Positions 34,065 through 43,114 of a stretch of 64,000 bases of DNA are shown one piece after another. The notes beneath the pieces are model-generated. The model had not been told where the DNA came from, did not search any database, and saw only the letters and a list, made by a program, of their open reading frames with translations. The stretch's first letter is position 1; every line of letters begins with the position of its first letter. Both the position numbers and the translations under genes were made by a program. Location: positions 156,496 through 220,495 of the IMG/VR virus record IMGVR_UViG_3300042934_000980; one strand, 5' to 3'.

Positions 34065-34586
34065 TTAAAAGTTTTGACCTAAGCCTGAGAACCCATATTC
34101 CCAGAACATTGCCACCATGCCCGTGAACTTGCGTCCATTGGCCGCTTCCCACTCATCCATTGCCCAGTCCATGAGGTCAGTTTCCTCATCCATCGTGAAC
34201 TTGTAATCGGGGGAGTAGAGTTTAAAGCTGTCCTCAAACTGATCGATGTCATCCAGCTTGAGCGGGTACACAGTTTTGCGGTCCAGCACCATGATACCGT
34301 GGTAACCCTGTTTGAGTAGGGATGGAATCAGTTCCATGTACTCGCTGATCAGGTTGTAGGTATCGTCTAAGTGCGCCAGCGGTTTGGGCGCTGACAGCAA
34401 ATAGCGAAACAGCCGTTTTTGCAGGTACTCGGGGTACTCGGGCTGGATTTTGAGCACAAACTTTTTAAGCTTGAGCGGGTTGGTGAACTTCTGATCCACA
34501 ATGCGCTTGATGGCCAAGTATTCAACAACAATCGGCGCCTGTTCGTTCAGATCAAGGGTCGGTACTTCTTTGACGGTGTCTTTCAC
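34065..34586 (-). CDS. hypothetical protein
   Basis: GTG start in GTGA overlap with stop of 34583..34975 (ORF track starts at 34676). Confidence 0.7.
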   Translation of the reverse strand: MKDTVKEVPTLDLNEQAPIVVEYLAIKRIVDQKFTNPLKLKKFVLKIQPEYPEYLQKRLFRYLLSAPKPLAHLDDTYNLISEYMELIPSLLKQGYHGIMVLDRKTVYPLKLDDIDQFEDSFKLYSPDYKFTMDEETDLMDWAMDEWEAANGRKFTGMVAMFWEYGFSGLGQNF

Positions 34587-34975
34587 AGCGCAACTTCCCG
34601 GGACAACATCAGTTGACCGTCTGCGTGGGTTTCCAACCAGTCCAAGTCCCGGCGGTACTTGGCGTAGATCACCCAACGAAACGAGAGCACGCGGCGTTTA
34701 ATGCCCGCTTTCTTGAACTCTTCTTGGTAGATGCTCATGGCGGGCTCATCGCCCAGATCACCGACCGGCCGCGGCGCTTCTGCCATCAGACTTTCGATGA
34801 TCCTGCTGCCGTACTCGAACGCTTTGAGGATCGAGGTTTCGGCTTTGCGCGAGTACCAGAGCATCCATTCGCTGCCTGGTTGCCCTACGTTTACGCCAAA
34901 GATGCTTGGCTCGTCCTCGGCTGGGGTGTAGTGGTGAGAAGGGGTACGCCCATTTGGCGCAACTATGCTGTTCAT
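34583..34975 (-). CDS. EPSxF-WxxW family protein
   Basis: YTPAEDEPSIF..SEWMLWY and SFRWVIY. Confidence 0.75.
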   Translation of the reverse strand: MNSIVAPNGRTPSHHYTPAEDEPSIFGVNVGQPGSEWMLWYSRKAETSILKAFEYGSRIIESLMAEAPRPVGDLGDEPAMSIYQEEFKKAGIKRRVLSFRWVIYAKYRRDLDWLETHADGQLMLSREVAL

Positions 34976-35604
34976 TCTCTTTTCCTTAGTACATTGACAT
35001 GAATAATGCGATTGTCTTCAAACTGCTCTAAGGGGTAAAGGACTTCATTAAGCCATCCCCCAATGTAGACTTCTAAGTAGCGCGTGCTGCGCGCCTTTTC
35101 CTTAAAGATCAAATGCAAGCCGTGGTCCACTTTAAAGCCGACCAACATCTTGCCCATCTTCATCAACGCTTCCAGTATGTCCCCCAGTACCACCAGTGTA
35201 ATGTTGCGCATGGGGGTTTTGTACATCAGGCGCTCTTTGACAAAGTGGTGAAACTCTTTGGTTAACCCTGACGAACGAAACGGGGAGCACTCAATGGTGT
35301 CCAAGTACACCCGCCTTACACTGAGAAAATCCCCAGTGTATTCAGGAACACGGCTGGTGATGAGAAACTCATCAATCCCCATACCCCTTAACTGTTTACC
35401 CTTCACCCACACAAACGCTGAATGGGTCAGCACACTGTTGTTAGCGTGCGGGGTTTTTAACACACGGTTTGCGTAACTTTTTACAAAAGCAGAAACGCCA
35501 CAGCCGCCTGTAGCCACTTCTTCCACGTAGGGATAAAGCCGCTTAAGGGAGCTGTGTAAATCCTTTACTTGCCGTGCGTTGGTAAGTGTTGCAATTTTGT
35601 CCAT
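34972..35604 (-). CDS. hypothetical protein
   Basis: 210 aa, ATGA overlap. Confidence 0.75.
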   Translation of the reverse strand: MDKIATLTNARQVKDLHSSLKRLYPYVEEVATGGCGVSAFVKSYANRVLKTPHANNSVLTHSAFVWVKGKQLRGMGIDEFLITSRVPEYTGDFLSVRRVYLDTIECSPFRSSGLTKEFHHFVKERLMYKTPMRNITLVVLGDILEALMKMGKMLVGFKVDHGLHLIFKEKARSTRYLEVYIGGWLNEVLYPLEQFEDNRIIHVNVLRKRE

Positions 35605-35630
35605 GGGTACTACTCATGAAGACTATTGGG

Positions 35631-35876
35631 TTAAGCCCGCAGCAAAGGGTGGATCCCTCGTCTTAGGAGCTCTTCTCTAGCCAAGAACAAGTTGCTCTGA
35701 TCGAACAACAATTGCCCTTGGTGTGGGTCGACACACATCATTTTGTAATCTGTGTGTTCGAGCCTAACCATAGCTTCCAACCGCCACGCTTCGGATCTTC
35801 GCAGATAAGAAATGTGGTGACGCGATTTCTTCTTGTTATTAAACTGTTGACGGGAGATGAACAACAAAACGCTCAT
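35631..35876 (-). CDS. hypothetical protein
   Basis: 81 aa. Confidence 0.6.
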   Translation of the reverse strand: MSVLLFISRQQFNNKKKSRHHISYLRRSEAWRLEAMVRLEHTDYKMMCVDPHQGQLLFDQSNLFLAREELLRRGIHPLLRA

Positions 35877-35879
35877 GCG

Positions 35880-36230
35880 TTAAAGAGTCCTATCGTTTTC
35901 CATATCGGTTCGATCCATCTCATCGAGCACCAGGCGAGCCTTACCGCACTTGCACTGGGTCTGTGAGAGGGCTTTAAAGCCGTAGGAGGACACCACCAAA
36001 GCCCGACCCTCTGCGAACGTTTGTATGCACACAGAGGCGCCTTGGGCGGGGTGTTTCACTTGGCGGATAGTACTCATGATCGACACACCGTGGACCGCTT
36101 CGGTGTAGTAATCAATGAACTCCTCCAACGATGCTTGCACAGAATTGGCCGGGAGGTTGGCAAACAATGCAGTGAAACGTTTGCGCACCTCCTCGTCCAC
36201 CTGAGGGTTAAACACAAGCTCAGGTTCCAT
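35880..36230 (-). CDS. hypothetical protein
   Basis: 116 aa in operon. Confidence 0.65.
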   Translation of the reverse strand: MEPELVFNPQVDEEVRKRFTALFANLPANSVQASLEEFIDYYTEAVHGVSIMSTIRQVKHPAQGASVCIQTFAEGRALVVSSYGFKALSQTQCKCGKARLVLDEMDRTDMENDRTL

Positions 36231-36232
36231 CG

Positions 36233-36607
36233 TTACATCCTTTTCAAAGCAGCCGCCAATTGCATGGCTTCTTCTGGGGTGAGGTGGTCACGGCGTGCAA
36301 CGTCCAACACCCACGCTAAGGAGATGTAATCGGTGCCGGCTACGTACATGCTAGGAGGCCTGGGTGGGAGTGTTACCCGTTGGGTAAGCAGCTCCTCACG
36401 GATGCGGTTACGTAGTTCGACGGCAACGCTTACAACGTCGTAGTTGGGGCGTTTGAGGCTGTAGGGACGGCCGCTGTCACGTCCAAACACTTGGATGTGG
36501 CTAAACCAGCTGGTCCACTCAATCGGCACCCCGGTGTCCTTGTCCGAGAATACCGACGGCTCATCCGCAGAAGGGGTATAAACAGTGAGGGGATCTTCTG
36601 GGTTCAT
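36233..36607 (-). CDS. EPSxF-WxxW family protein
   Basis: YTPSADEPSVF..IEWTSWF and SLAWVLD. Confidence 0.75.
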   Translation of the reverse strand: MNPEDPLTVYTPSADEPSVFSDKDTGVPIEWTSWFSHIQVFGRDSGRPYSLKRPNYDVVSVAVELRNRIREELLTQRVTLPPRPPSMYVAGTDYISLAWVLDVARRDHLTPEEAMQLAAALKRM

Positions 36608-37140
36608 TTGGTCTCCTTACCCGGATCGTGGTATTTGATTTTAACCAGGTACATGTCACTTGGGTCGATGGGCAAGATCTCAACGTTCATGCGCATCTTT
36701 TCCTGGAATTCTCGGTCCATCATTTGACTTGCTCCTGCCAACCATGCCAAGTCAAAGTCGGTACAACCGTGCTGGTGCTGGTACCATTTCACCCATTCAG
36801 GGTTCAGGTAACGTTTCTCCCAAGGTTGGGTCAGGGAGGGTTCTGGCATCAGGCTAACAGAGGTGTTTTCCATCGGGGGTGAGTCCTTGACGTTGTTCAC
36901 CACAAGCCTTGGGCGTAACTGGGCTTGCAGTTCTTTGATCAGTTGTTCGGTATTGAGGCGCGAGGCCGGTGCAGCCTTTTTGACCACCTGCAGTGGTTGA
37001 GGGTGGGCAAAGGGCTGGCTTAAAAAGTCTGCCACAGGGTCATGGGTTACGGGCTTGGGTCCTGCACTGATTACGTCTTTAATACGCTTTAGAAAGGCTT
37101 TTAGCATGCCAACCTCACAAAAATAAATAACCCGATTCAC
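36604..37140 (-). CDS. protein with partial EPS-WxxW motif
   Basis: PEPSL..LNPEWVKWY. Confidence 0.7.
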   Translation of the reverse strand: MNRVIYFCEVGMLKAFLKRIKDVISAGPKPVTHDPVADFLSQPFAHPQPLQVVKKAAPASRLNTEQLIKELQAQLRPRLVVNNVKDSPPMENTSVSLMPEPSLTQPWEKRYLNPEWVKWYQHQHGCTDFDLAWLAGASQMMDREFQEKMRMNVEILPIDPSDMYLVKIKYHDPGKETK

Positions 37141-37153
37141 CCCAAGGTATAAA

Positions 37154-37184
37154 CTAACCAGTAGGGAAAACCCCTACTGGTTAG
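37154..37184 (-). terminator. terminator hairpin
   Basis: 13-bp stem CTAACCAGTAGGG/CCCTACTGGTTAG. Confidence 0.75.
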
Positions 37185-37192
37185 CTCAACAC

Positions 37193-37666
37193 TTACGCTT
37201 TCAGAGGCATTGGAACGAGCTCTTCATGCAGCTCACCTGTGGTGTATTCAAAACCCGGCGTACCGGCTTGCAAAGACACCAAGTCATACCCGACGGTATA
37301 GGCTTCGGTAAAGCTTACGTTGTGTTTGTGCTTGTAGTGAAGAACAAACGCCATGGAGACCAGGGCCACATCTTTCAACATGGCTTGTGGTTCAGGGGCG
37401 TTCGGGTCAATGTAACGGCGCGGTTCGCGCTCCAGGTGGTCATACAGGGCGTTGCCGATGTTGGACGCCATCTGGTGGCTGAGGGCGAACTTGTTCATGA
37501 ACCAGTTGACCCAGCGAGGATGCAACACGCCCTCACCGCGGGTGAACATGCTAGGCTCAGTTGCCTCAGGTTGATAAGCTGTTTTGAACACAGGGTCTTG
37601 GTGCAGGTTTTCGTACGCCTTCGCCATTACGACTGGGTGTGCTACTACGTTGTGTTGGTTGATCAC
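37193..37666 (-). CDS. EPSxF-WxxW family protein
   Basis: YQPEATEPSMF..HPRWVNWF and SMAFVLH; GTG start with GAGG SD. Confidence 0.75.
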   Translation of the reverse strand: MINQHNVVAHPVVMAKAYENLHQDPVFKTAYQPEATEPSMFTRGEGVLHPRWVNWFMNKFALSHQMASNIGNALYDHLEREPRRYIDPNAPEPQAMLKDVALVSMAFVLHYKHKHNVSFTEAYTVGYDLVSLQAGTPGFEYTTGELHEELVPMPLKA

Positions 37667-37840
37667 GGCCTTGTACCTCTCGATAAAGTTTGGATGGGAA
37701 GGTTAAACATCTCCGGGGTGCTGCTCTCAATACCGGTAATGCCCAACTACGCTCCGGTGTTGTGGTGCCTTACCTGGCAAAACACTTAAGACTGCACCCT
37801 CCCGCCACATAGAGTCAGCATTGGAAGGGTTTGTACATGT

Positions 37841-37993
37841 TTACATGTAGCGTCGGTTCCTTGTAATACGGCCGAACTGAGCGCTCTGGCTGATGGACTT
37901 TTTATCCTTTCTGCTCAGGTCATGGTGTATGAACCCTTCGGGGCAGATGGACCTGGTGATATGTCCAAACAGCATTTGAGCTTTCTTTTTCAT
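37841..37993 (-). CDS. possible 50-aa basic peptide
   Basis: MKKKAQMLFGHITRSICPEGFIHHDLSRKDKKSISQSAQFGRITRNRRYM in an otherwise empty gap; no clear SD. Confidence 0.4.
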   Translation of the reverse strand: MKKKAQMLFGHITRSICPEGFIHHDLSRKDKKSISQSAQFGRITRNRRYM

Positions 37994-38050
37994 AAGGAAA
38001 TACCCAAAGGAGTTAAATAATAAAATTTAGCCAAGCAAAAACAAAAGGGG

Positions 38051-38078
38051 TAAGAGAGCCCCGTGAAGGGCTCTCTTA
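38051..38078 (-). terminator. terminator hairpin
   Basis: TAAGAGAGCCC/GGGCTCTCTTA with T-rich tail. Confidence 0.8.
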
Positions 38079-38090
38079 GATCACTGCTTG

Positions 38091-39665
38091 TTACAGCCCG
38101 GCCGCTGCGCCTTTGATACCGAACGCAGCTGTTGCTGGCATGGCTGGAACTGGGAGCGACGGCACGTCAGCAGCAGAGCCTTCAACGCCTTGACCGGCGC
38201 CAACGACTTTGCCTTCGATGAACCGACCGGCTTTGGAGCCCAGAGCACCGACTGCCATACCCAGCATGCCTGCCGCCACATAGCGACCGAACTGGCCTTC
38301 GATGTGCTTGTCGGTTTGCTCGGCCAGGAAGAAGGATGCACCCGCACCCACCAGCGTACCGACACCGGCGCCGACGGTGATCTGACCGGCATGGCCCATT
38401 TCCAGAGCACCGCCGACCAACGCCGAACCGACCGCTACCCAGCTCGACCGCACGCCTTCGTCACGATCACCCATGATCGAGTAACGCGACTTGGGTGCAG
38501 TGCTGCCGCCGCTGCTGCCCATGGCTTGCTCGGCGATCTTCTTGGCGATGTCCGGGTGCTTGGCCAGAATCCACAGGGTGAAGGTTTCTTCCAGCTCGCT
38601 GTTGCTTTCGCACGCCTTGAAGAAGGTTTCGTCAACCGACAGGGTGTCAGGCTGTGCGCTCACAGTTTCCTGGAACTTGGGGTGCAGCTTGATGAACTCT
38701 TGGAACAGTTCACCGCGGGCTTTGTCGCTGTCGTAGCCGAACACAACCAGGCCGGCGACGAAAGACATTACGTTTTCAGTTTTCATGGAAGTGGCCTTTT
38801 CAGAAGTGTTGGTTTCGGTGGAAGTGGTGGTGGTTGGGTTGGCGGCGTTGGTGTCTACAGAAGTAGCGTCGCGGAAGTCTTTCAGGTTGTTGTTCATGTC
38901 AGTGTGTTCCAAGGCAGGCGCGGCTACAGCAGGGGCTGGCTGCGCAGTTTCAGTTGGCTGGTTATCAGCGGTTTGGGTGGGTGCTTTGTCGAGCTCGATC
39001 TTGTGCAGGACAACTTCTTTGAAATCTTCACGCAGCTCTTTGGATTGAGTGCGCAGGAAGGTAAAGAACTTGTCATCGGTGTTGGAGCTGCGCATCTGTT
39101 GCTGAACCGTCAAGAACTGAGCGAGGACCTCTTTGCTCTGCGCGGCCATCCAGATGCTGTAGATGCTAGCCCGGCGGTCTTCGTCGTACTCGCCAAACCC
39201 TGCTGCAAACAGGGTATTGACAAAGTCCAACATTTCCTGGTCACTGATCTCGTGAACTGCACCGCCCACGATTGAGGACTTCAGTTGATCTTCCTTGATC
39301 ACATGCTCGATGACATGGGCCACGTCATCACCGCCTTTGGCACCGGCTTGAATCTCCACGCTGCCGTGCAGTTCATCGACCGGGATCAGGGACGGCTCTT
39401 TATGTTCCTGTGTCACGCTGCGCAGCAACGCCGGGTTGGCCTTACGCACTTGGTTCATGGTGAAGGTGGTTTTGAAGGCGGCGTTAACATCGCGCAGCAA
39501 AGCCTGCCGATCGTTTTTGGCGATCAGGCTTTCGTCGTACATCTTGGAGCGGAATACTGCAAGCAGCATGTCCTGCTCGCCACCTGCAGCTTTGGCAGCT
39601 TCGATAGCCTTGATGGTTTCATCAGCGGCGTCGTGGAAGTTTGGCAGGTCTTTTTTAGTGGTCAT
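38091..39665 (-). CDS. large protein with C-terminal glycine-zipper membrane segments
   Basis: 524 aa; T/A-rich linker; GxxxG repeats in VAVGSALVGGA..GAGVGTLVGAGA..AAGMLGMAVGALG. Confidence 0.8.
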   Translation of the reverse strand: MTTKKDLPNFHDAADETIKAIEAAKAAGGEQDMLLAVFRSKMYDESLIAKNDRQALLRDVNAAFKTTFTMNQVRKANPALLRSVTQEHKEPSLIPVDELHGSVEIQAGAKGGDDVAHVIEHVIKEDQLKSSIVGGAVHEISDQEMLDFVNTLFAAGFGEYDEDRRASIYSIWMAAQSKEVLAQFLTVQQQMRSSNTDDKFFTFLRTQSKELREDFKEVVLHKIELDKAPTQTADNQPTETAQPAPAVAAPALEHTDMNNNLKDFRDATSVDTNAANPTTTTSTETNTSEKATSMKTENVMSFVAGLVVFGYDSDKARGELFQEFIKLHPKFQETVSAQPDTLSVDETFFKACESNSELEETFTLWILAKHPDIAKKIAEQAMGSSGGSTAPKSRYSIMGDRDEGVRSSWVAVGSALVGGALEMGHAGQITVGAGVGTLVGAGASFFLAEQTDKHIEGQFGRYVAAGMLGMAVGALGSKAGRFIEGKVVGAGQGVEGSAADVPSLPVPAMPATAAFGIKGAAAGL

Positions 39666-39732
39666 TTTGACAACTCCGATTTGGTTATTACAACTAAAGG
39701 TTAGAAAGATTTGTGTGCATTACACTACCTGA

Positions 39733-39740
39733 ATAGTACA
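39733..39740 (-). promoter_or_regulatory. variant early promoter (TGTACTAT)
   Basis: same flanking GGTTTGAAA and CTGTAA elements as TATATTAC sites. Confidence 0.5.
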
Positions 39741-39781
39741 GGTTTGAAAGAAACTGTAAGTTAAAAATAAAAGAACAAACA

Positions 39782-39821
39782 TAAACCCCTACCCCACCGT
39801 TATGGTTGGGGTAGGGGTTTA
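39782..39821 (-). terminator. terminator hairpin
   Basis: 15-bp stem TAAACCCCTACCCCA/TGGGGTAGGGGTTTA. Confidence 0.8.
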
Positions 39822-39824
39822 GTC

Positions 39825-40169
39825 TTAAGCAGGTTGAGAAGTAACGTGTACTGCTGGATGGTCTTTGCGCGCTACCAGCAACATCTCAGCGCCCAAGGAC
39901 AGCAAGTGCTGAGGAGCAACGCCTGCCACCTTGCTGATCATGGTGGTGCCGTTCTCATGGTGGTAACGCGACAGGTCTTCGCCCAACACGATCCAGACAC
40001 CGGTGTTCAGGCCTTCAAACAATCCTTGGGTTTCCCCGTCGTTGAAGTGCGCCGCTTCACCCGGGGCAACATAGGCAAGCAGGGTGACCTGTTTACCGAT
40101 GTTCTCTTTGACCTTGAAAGCGCCCATGATGATCGCCCGCGCCCCTGGAAATAAATTAGATGCTCTCAT
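39825..40169 (-). CDS. hypothetical protein
   Basis: 114 aa, ATGA overlap with 2H gene. Confidence 0.7.
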   Translation of the reverse strand: MRASNLFPGARAIIMGAFKVKENIGKQVTLLAYVAPGEAAHFNDGETQGLFEGLNTGVWIVLGEDLSRYHHENGTTMISKVAGVAPQHLLSLGAEMLLVARKDHPAVHVTSQPA

Positions 40170-40606
40170 ACTTTACCCAGTCCGTATGCTTGGTTGGTGA
40201 AGGTCAACGCACGACCCGCCCAACCAGCCAGAGCCGACTTGAGTTTGAGGATGTCGTAATCGTTGAAGTCGTACGTCAGTGACATGTGTGGTAGGTACCC
40301 GTCGTAAGGACTTTGGTACCCCGCCTCGCGCAAACGCCGGTGTTCTTCTTGCAGTTCTTTGCTGGTCAGGTGAAAGACCAGCCCATCGCCCAGCACATCG
40401 ATCGACACCACGTACGCGGTAAACACCCGCTTAGGATCAAGCTCGGTAAAGGGCTTATCGATCTCACGCTTGCGCTTGTCGTACATCACGGTGCAGTGAA
40501 AGTCGTGGGTGGGCGCAGGGGGAATCCCAGCAGCCATCACGGCGGCCATCAGTTCGGCTTCGATGTCGTCGGTGAGTTCGACGCTGATGTAATGATAATC
40601 GGGCAT
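40166..40606 (-). CDS. 2H phosphoesterase, Acb1/T4 gp57B-like anti-CBASS nuclease candidate
   Basis: two HxT/S motifs FHCTVMY and YLPHMSLTY, spaced as in T4 57B (IHSTICY, YTPHITLSY); 146 aa. Confidence 0.75.
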   Translation of the reverse strand: MPDYHYISVELTDDIEAELMAAVMAAGIPPAPTHDFHCTVMYDKRKREIDKPFTELDPKRVFTAYVVSIDVLGDGLVFHLTSKELQEEHRRLREAGYQSPYDGYLPHMSLTYDFNDYDILKLKSALAGWAGRALTFTNQAYGLGKV

Positions 40607-40615
40607 AACGGTGTC

Positions 40616-41458
40616 CTAGTGACTGTTGAGTTCGACGTGGGAGAGGGGGAAACGAGGGTCGTCGAATTTCAGCTTGAAGCCCGATGCGTTCTTGTGTCCG
40701 CCGCCGCCAAAGGCTTCGGCTACCAGGTTCACGTGCTGGCCGCCGTCTTTACGGCTGCGCAAGGAGAACTGGCGTTCATCCACCCCGTCGTTATAGATAA
40801 CGGCGTAATCATTGTCCTGAGCCAGCAGGTGGCCGATCTCAGAGGCGTACATGTAAGGAGCGTTGACCACCGGCACATCTTGTCCATTGATCTTCATGCG
40901 TCGTACATTGGGCATGAACTTACCGATGTCGCTCTTTTCTTTGCGGATCAACAAAATGCCTTCTGAGATCAGTTCCATCTCAGGGCGCTTCATGATCTCG
41001 GAGAACGTCTCCAAGGACAGCGGGTAGCTGAAGGCCCCCATGGTCCAAGGTTTGGTGTTCTCCAATTTGAACTGGAACAGGTCGCGGTCCTGTACGTACA
41101 ACAGCTGCACAGGAGGGCGCTCAGAGCCAAAGAAGTAGTTCCAGGTCACCATCGCACCAGAGTGCGCTTGATCGATCTCAAACAGGCCTTCCAGGTCCTT
41201 AGCGGCGGTCTCATGGTGGTCCAAGATCACCACGTTGTTGTGCTGCATCAATTGCACAATCTGGTCGCGCTTGTAGCTGAAGTCGACCAAGTAGATGGTG
41301 CAACCGGTCAGTCCCTCAGGAACAGGGTGACCGTATTGTGCTGCGTGGAACTCCACCACGCCTGGGCCAAAGAATTGCTCAACCACCCAGGCAGAGGCGG
41401 CGCCGTCCAGGCAGTTAGCGTGGTAGATACATACCACACGATTATTTTCCTGAGTCAT
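40616..41458 (-). CDS. DHH/DHHA1 phosphoesterase
   Basis: YHANCLDG, LVDFS, ILDHHET, QDRDL, FSLRS, GGGGHKNASGF. Confidence 0.9.
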   Translation of the reverse strand: MTQENNRVVCIYHANCLDGAASAWVVEQFFGPGVVEFHAAQYGHPVPEGLTGCTIYLVDFSYKRDQIVQLMQHNNVVILDHHETAAKDLEGLFEIDQAHSGAMVTWNYFFGSERPPVQLLYVQDRDLFQFKLENTKPWTMGAFSYPLSLETFSEIMKRPEMELISEGILLIRKEKSDIGKFMPNVRRMKINGQDVPVVNAPYMYASEIGHLLAQDNDYAVIYNDGVDERQFSLRSRKDGGQHVNLVAEAFGGGGHKNASGFKLKFDDPRFPLSHVELNSH

Positions 41459-41537
41459 AAACCCGTCCCCTTGTGAGGATTAAGAAAGTCAATTGTCCAA
41501 TACAATTTGTAAAAGACTTTCTTAGCCCTTTCATTGT

Positions 41538-42287
41538 TCAGTTAACGTCGATAATGTCGAGGCAACGAAACACGCCAAAGGGAGAGTTAAACTCTGCGGA
41601 CAACCGGTTTGCTTCTTCTATTGCCTGGGCTTTGGTGGCGTGGCGGTACGGGGCTTTGGTAAAGACTGCCACCCCGTTAGTGGCTACCCGGCCAATCACG
41701 TAACGACCCAGTGTCTTGCCGTAACTGGGCTTGGCTTTGTTAGCCGCCACGATGACCAGTTTGCGCTGATACATCAGAAAACCTTTCCAGCGCTCCGCCA
41801 CCCACTGGACGATGTAGTGACCGCGTTCGTCCTTGGCCAAGTCCTTGGGGTCCAGCAGCACGTCTTCGTGCAGCAGGTTTTCAAACTCAGCCTGCAGGTT
41901 GGAATCCGAGGATGGCTTGTAGCTGTCTACGGGCACGCTCGGCTGGCTGCGTTTATCCAGCCTGCGTTGGTACGCCGAACGGTAATCCAACGGAATCCCG
42001 ACCACGTAAGGGTGGTTGCTGTCCTCTTCAGGCACAAACACCATGGCCGGTACATCGTCCTTGGCGTTAGGTCCTACGCGCTCATAGAGCACCTGTACGG
42101 CCTCCATTAACGCACCCGTGACATTCGGCTGGCCTGGATCGCCCACGTTGGTCAGTTGGGCTGCCCGCTTGTTGACCCACTGCGGATCAATGGCGCGAAA
42201 CGCAACAGGCTCTGACAATAAGAAGTCCTGTTCGGCTGGGGGGTTTTCCGTCAGCATGTCTTCGACGGTATTGTTTGTTCTTTCCAT
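41538..42287 (-). CDS. hypothetical protein
   Basis: 249 aa in operon. Confidence 0.75.
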   Translation of the reverse strand: MERTNNTVEDMLTENPPAEQDFLLSEPVAFRAIDPQWVNKRAAQLTNVGDPGQPNVTGALMEAVQVLYERVGPNAKDDVPAMVFVPEEDSNHPYVVGIPLDYRSAYQRRLDKRSQPSVPVDSYKPSSDSNLQAEFENLLHEDVLLDPKDLAKDERGHYIVQWVAERWKGFLMYQRKLVIVAANKAKPSYGKTLGRYVIGRVATNGVAVFTKAPYRHATKAQAIEEANRLSAEFNSPFGVFRCLDIIDVN

Positions 42288-42289
42288 TA

Positions 42290-42559
42290 CTACATGTCCC
42301 TTGCGAAAAACTCAGTGATGGTCGACGGCACCTCACTAGTATCGTGAAGTTCGGCCTCAATGATAAAACCGTTACTGATTCGTACCCTGTACGTGGAACC
42401 TGGTTCCCGGGCCGGAAGAATAACAATGTACTCCCGGTTACCGGTGATTCCAAGCACGGTGTCCATAACGTGCGCATCCACTTCTTTACCGACATCAAAA
42501 CCTGGACGTTTAAGGTAGAACCATTTTTCTTTGTGTTGGTAGAACTTGTACGTAGCCAT
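42290..42559 (-). CDS. hypothetical protein
   Basis: 89 aa in operon. Confidence 0.7.
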   Translation of the reverse strand: MATYKFYQHKEKWFYLKRPGFDVGKEVDAHVMDTVLGITGNREYIVILPAREPGSTYRVRISNGFIIEAELHDTSEVPSTITEFFARDM

Positions 42560-42561
42560 GT

Positions 42562-42825
42562 TCAGTCTTTTAACTCACGCTTAAAGATTCGGTCATGCAA
42601 CTTCATGGACGACACCATTCCAAAGGCAGCCCCTGTCCCTGCACTGAACATGACCGTCCAATCGCCTTTTACCACCAAGGCGATCGCGGCCACTTCAAAA
42701 GCGGCCATGAAGTAGGAGGTGAAGAACACCGACTTGACGTGGTTGCCGATGACGTTCTTGTGCTGAAACCCTTTAAGGAAGACAGCACAGAACGAGACAA
42801 CAAAACTCAGTGCGTATAACCACAC
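42562..42825 (-). CDS. small multi-pass membrane protein
   Basis: GTG start after GAGGAG; three hydrophobic helices, FLKGFQHKNV motif. Confidence 0.7.
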   Translation of the reverse strand: MWLYALSFVVSFCAVFLKGFQHKNVIGNHVKSVFFTSYFMAAFEVAAIALVVKGDWTVMFSAGTGAAFGMVSSMKLHDRIFKRELKD

Positions 42826-42826
42826 G

Positions 42827-43114
42827 TTACTTCTCCTCATCCTGAGGGGGATTGCAGTCGTGGTAACTTTCCTCAAGAAGCTTGGGGTCCCAAGGAATAC
42901 GCCCCTCCAGCATCTTCTCACGCTCTGTGAGCTCTGCCACAGGCTTACGACCCTCAGCCTTACGCCAAACCTTATCCAGCTCAGCCATGTGACCATCTAG
43001 GGTTTGTACCTTCACCCCGTTGGTCTTAGGTTTTGGTGGATCTAGGTGCAGCTCCAACGCGTGACTACCCGGCATCATGAGGGTGCCATCTTTGTAACGA
43101 ACAGGCTTAGCCAT
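42827..43114 (-). CDS. hypothetical protein
   Basis: 95 aa. Confidence 0.7.
   Translation of the reverse strand: MAKPVRYKDGTLMMPGSHALELHLDPPKPKTNGVKVQTLDGHMAELDKVWRKAEGRKPVAELTEREKMLEGRIPWDPKLLEESYHDCNPPQDEEK

Noticed and set aside
37720-37993. In-frame continuation past the TAA of the 50-aa ORF, suggesting read-through
   Set aside because: TAA is rarely read through, genes in the window use all three stops normally, and there is no other support
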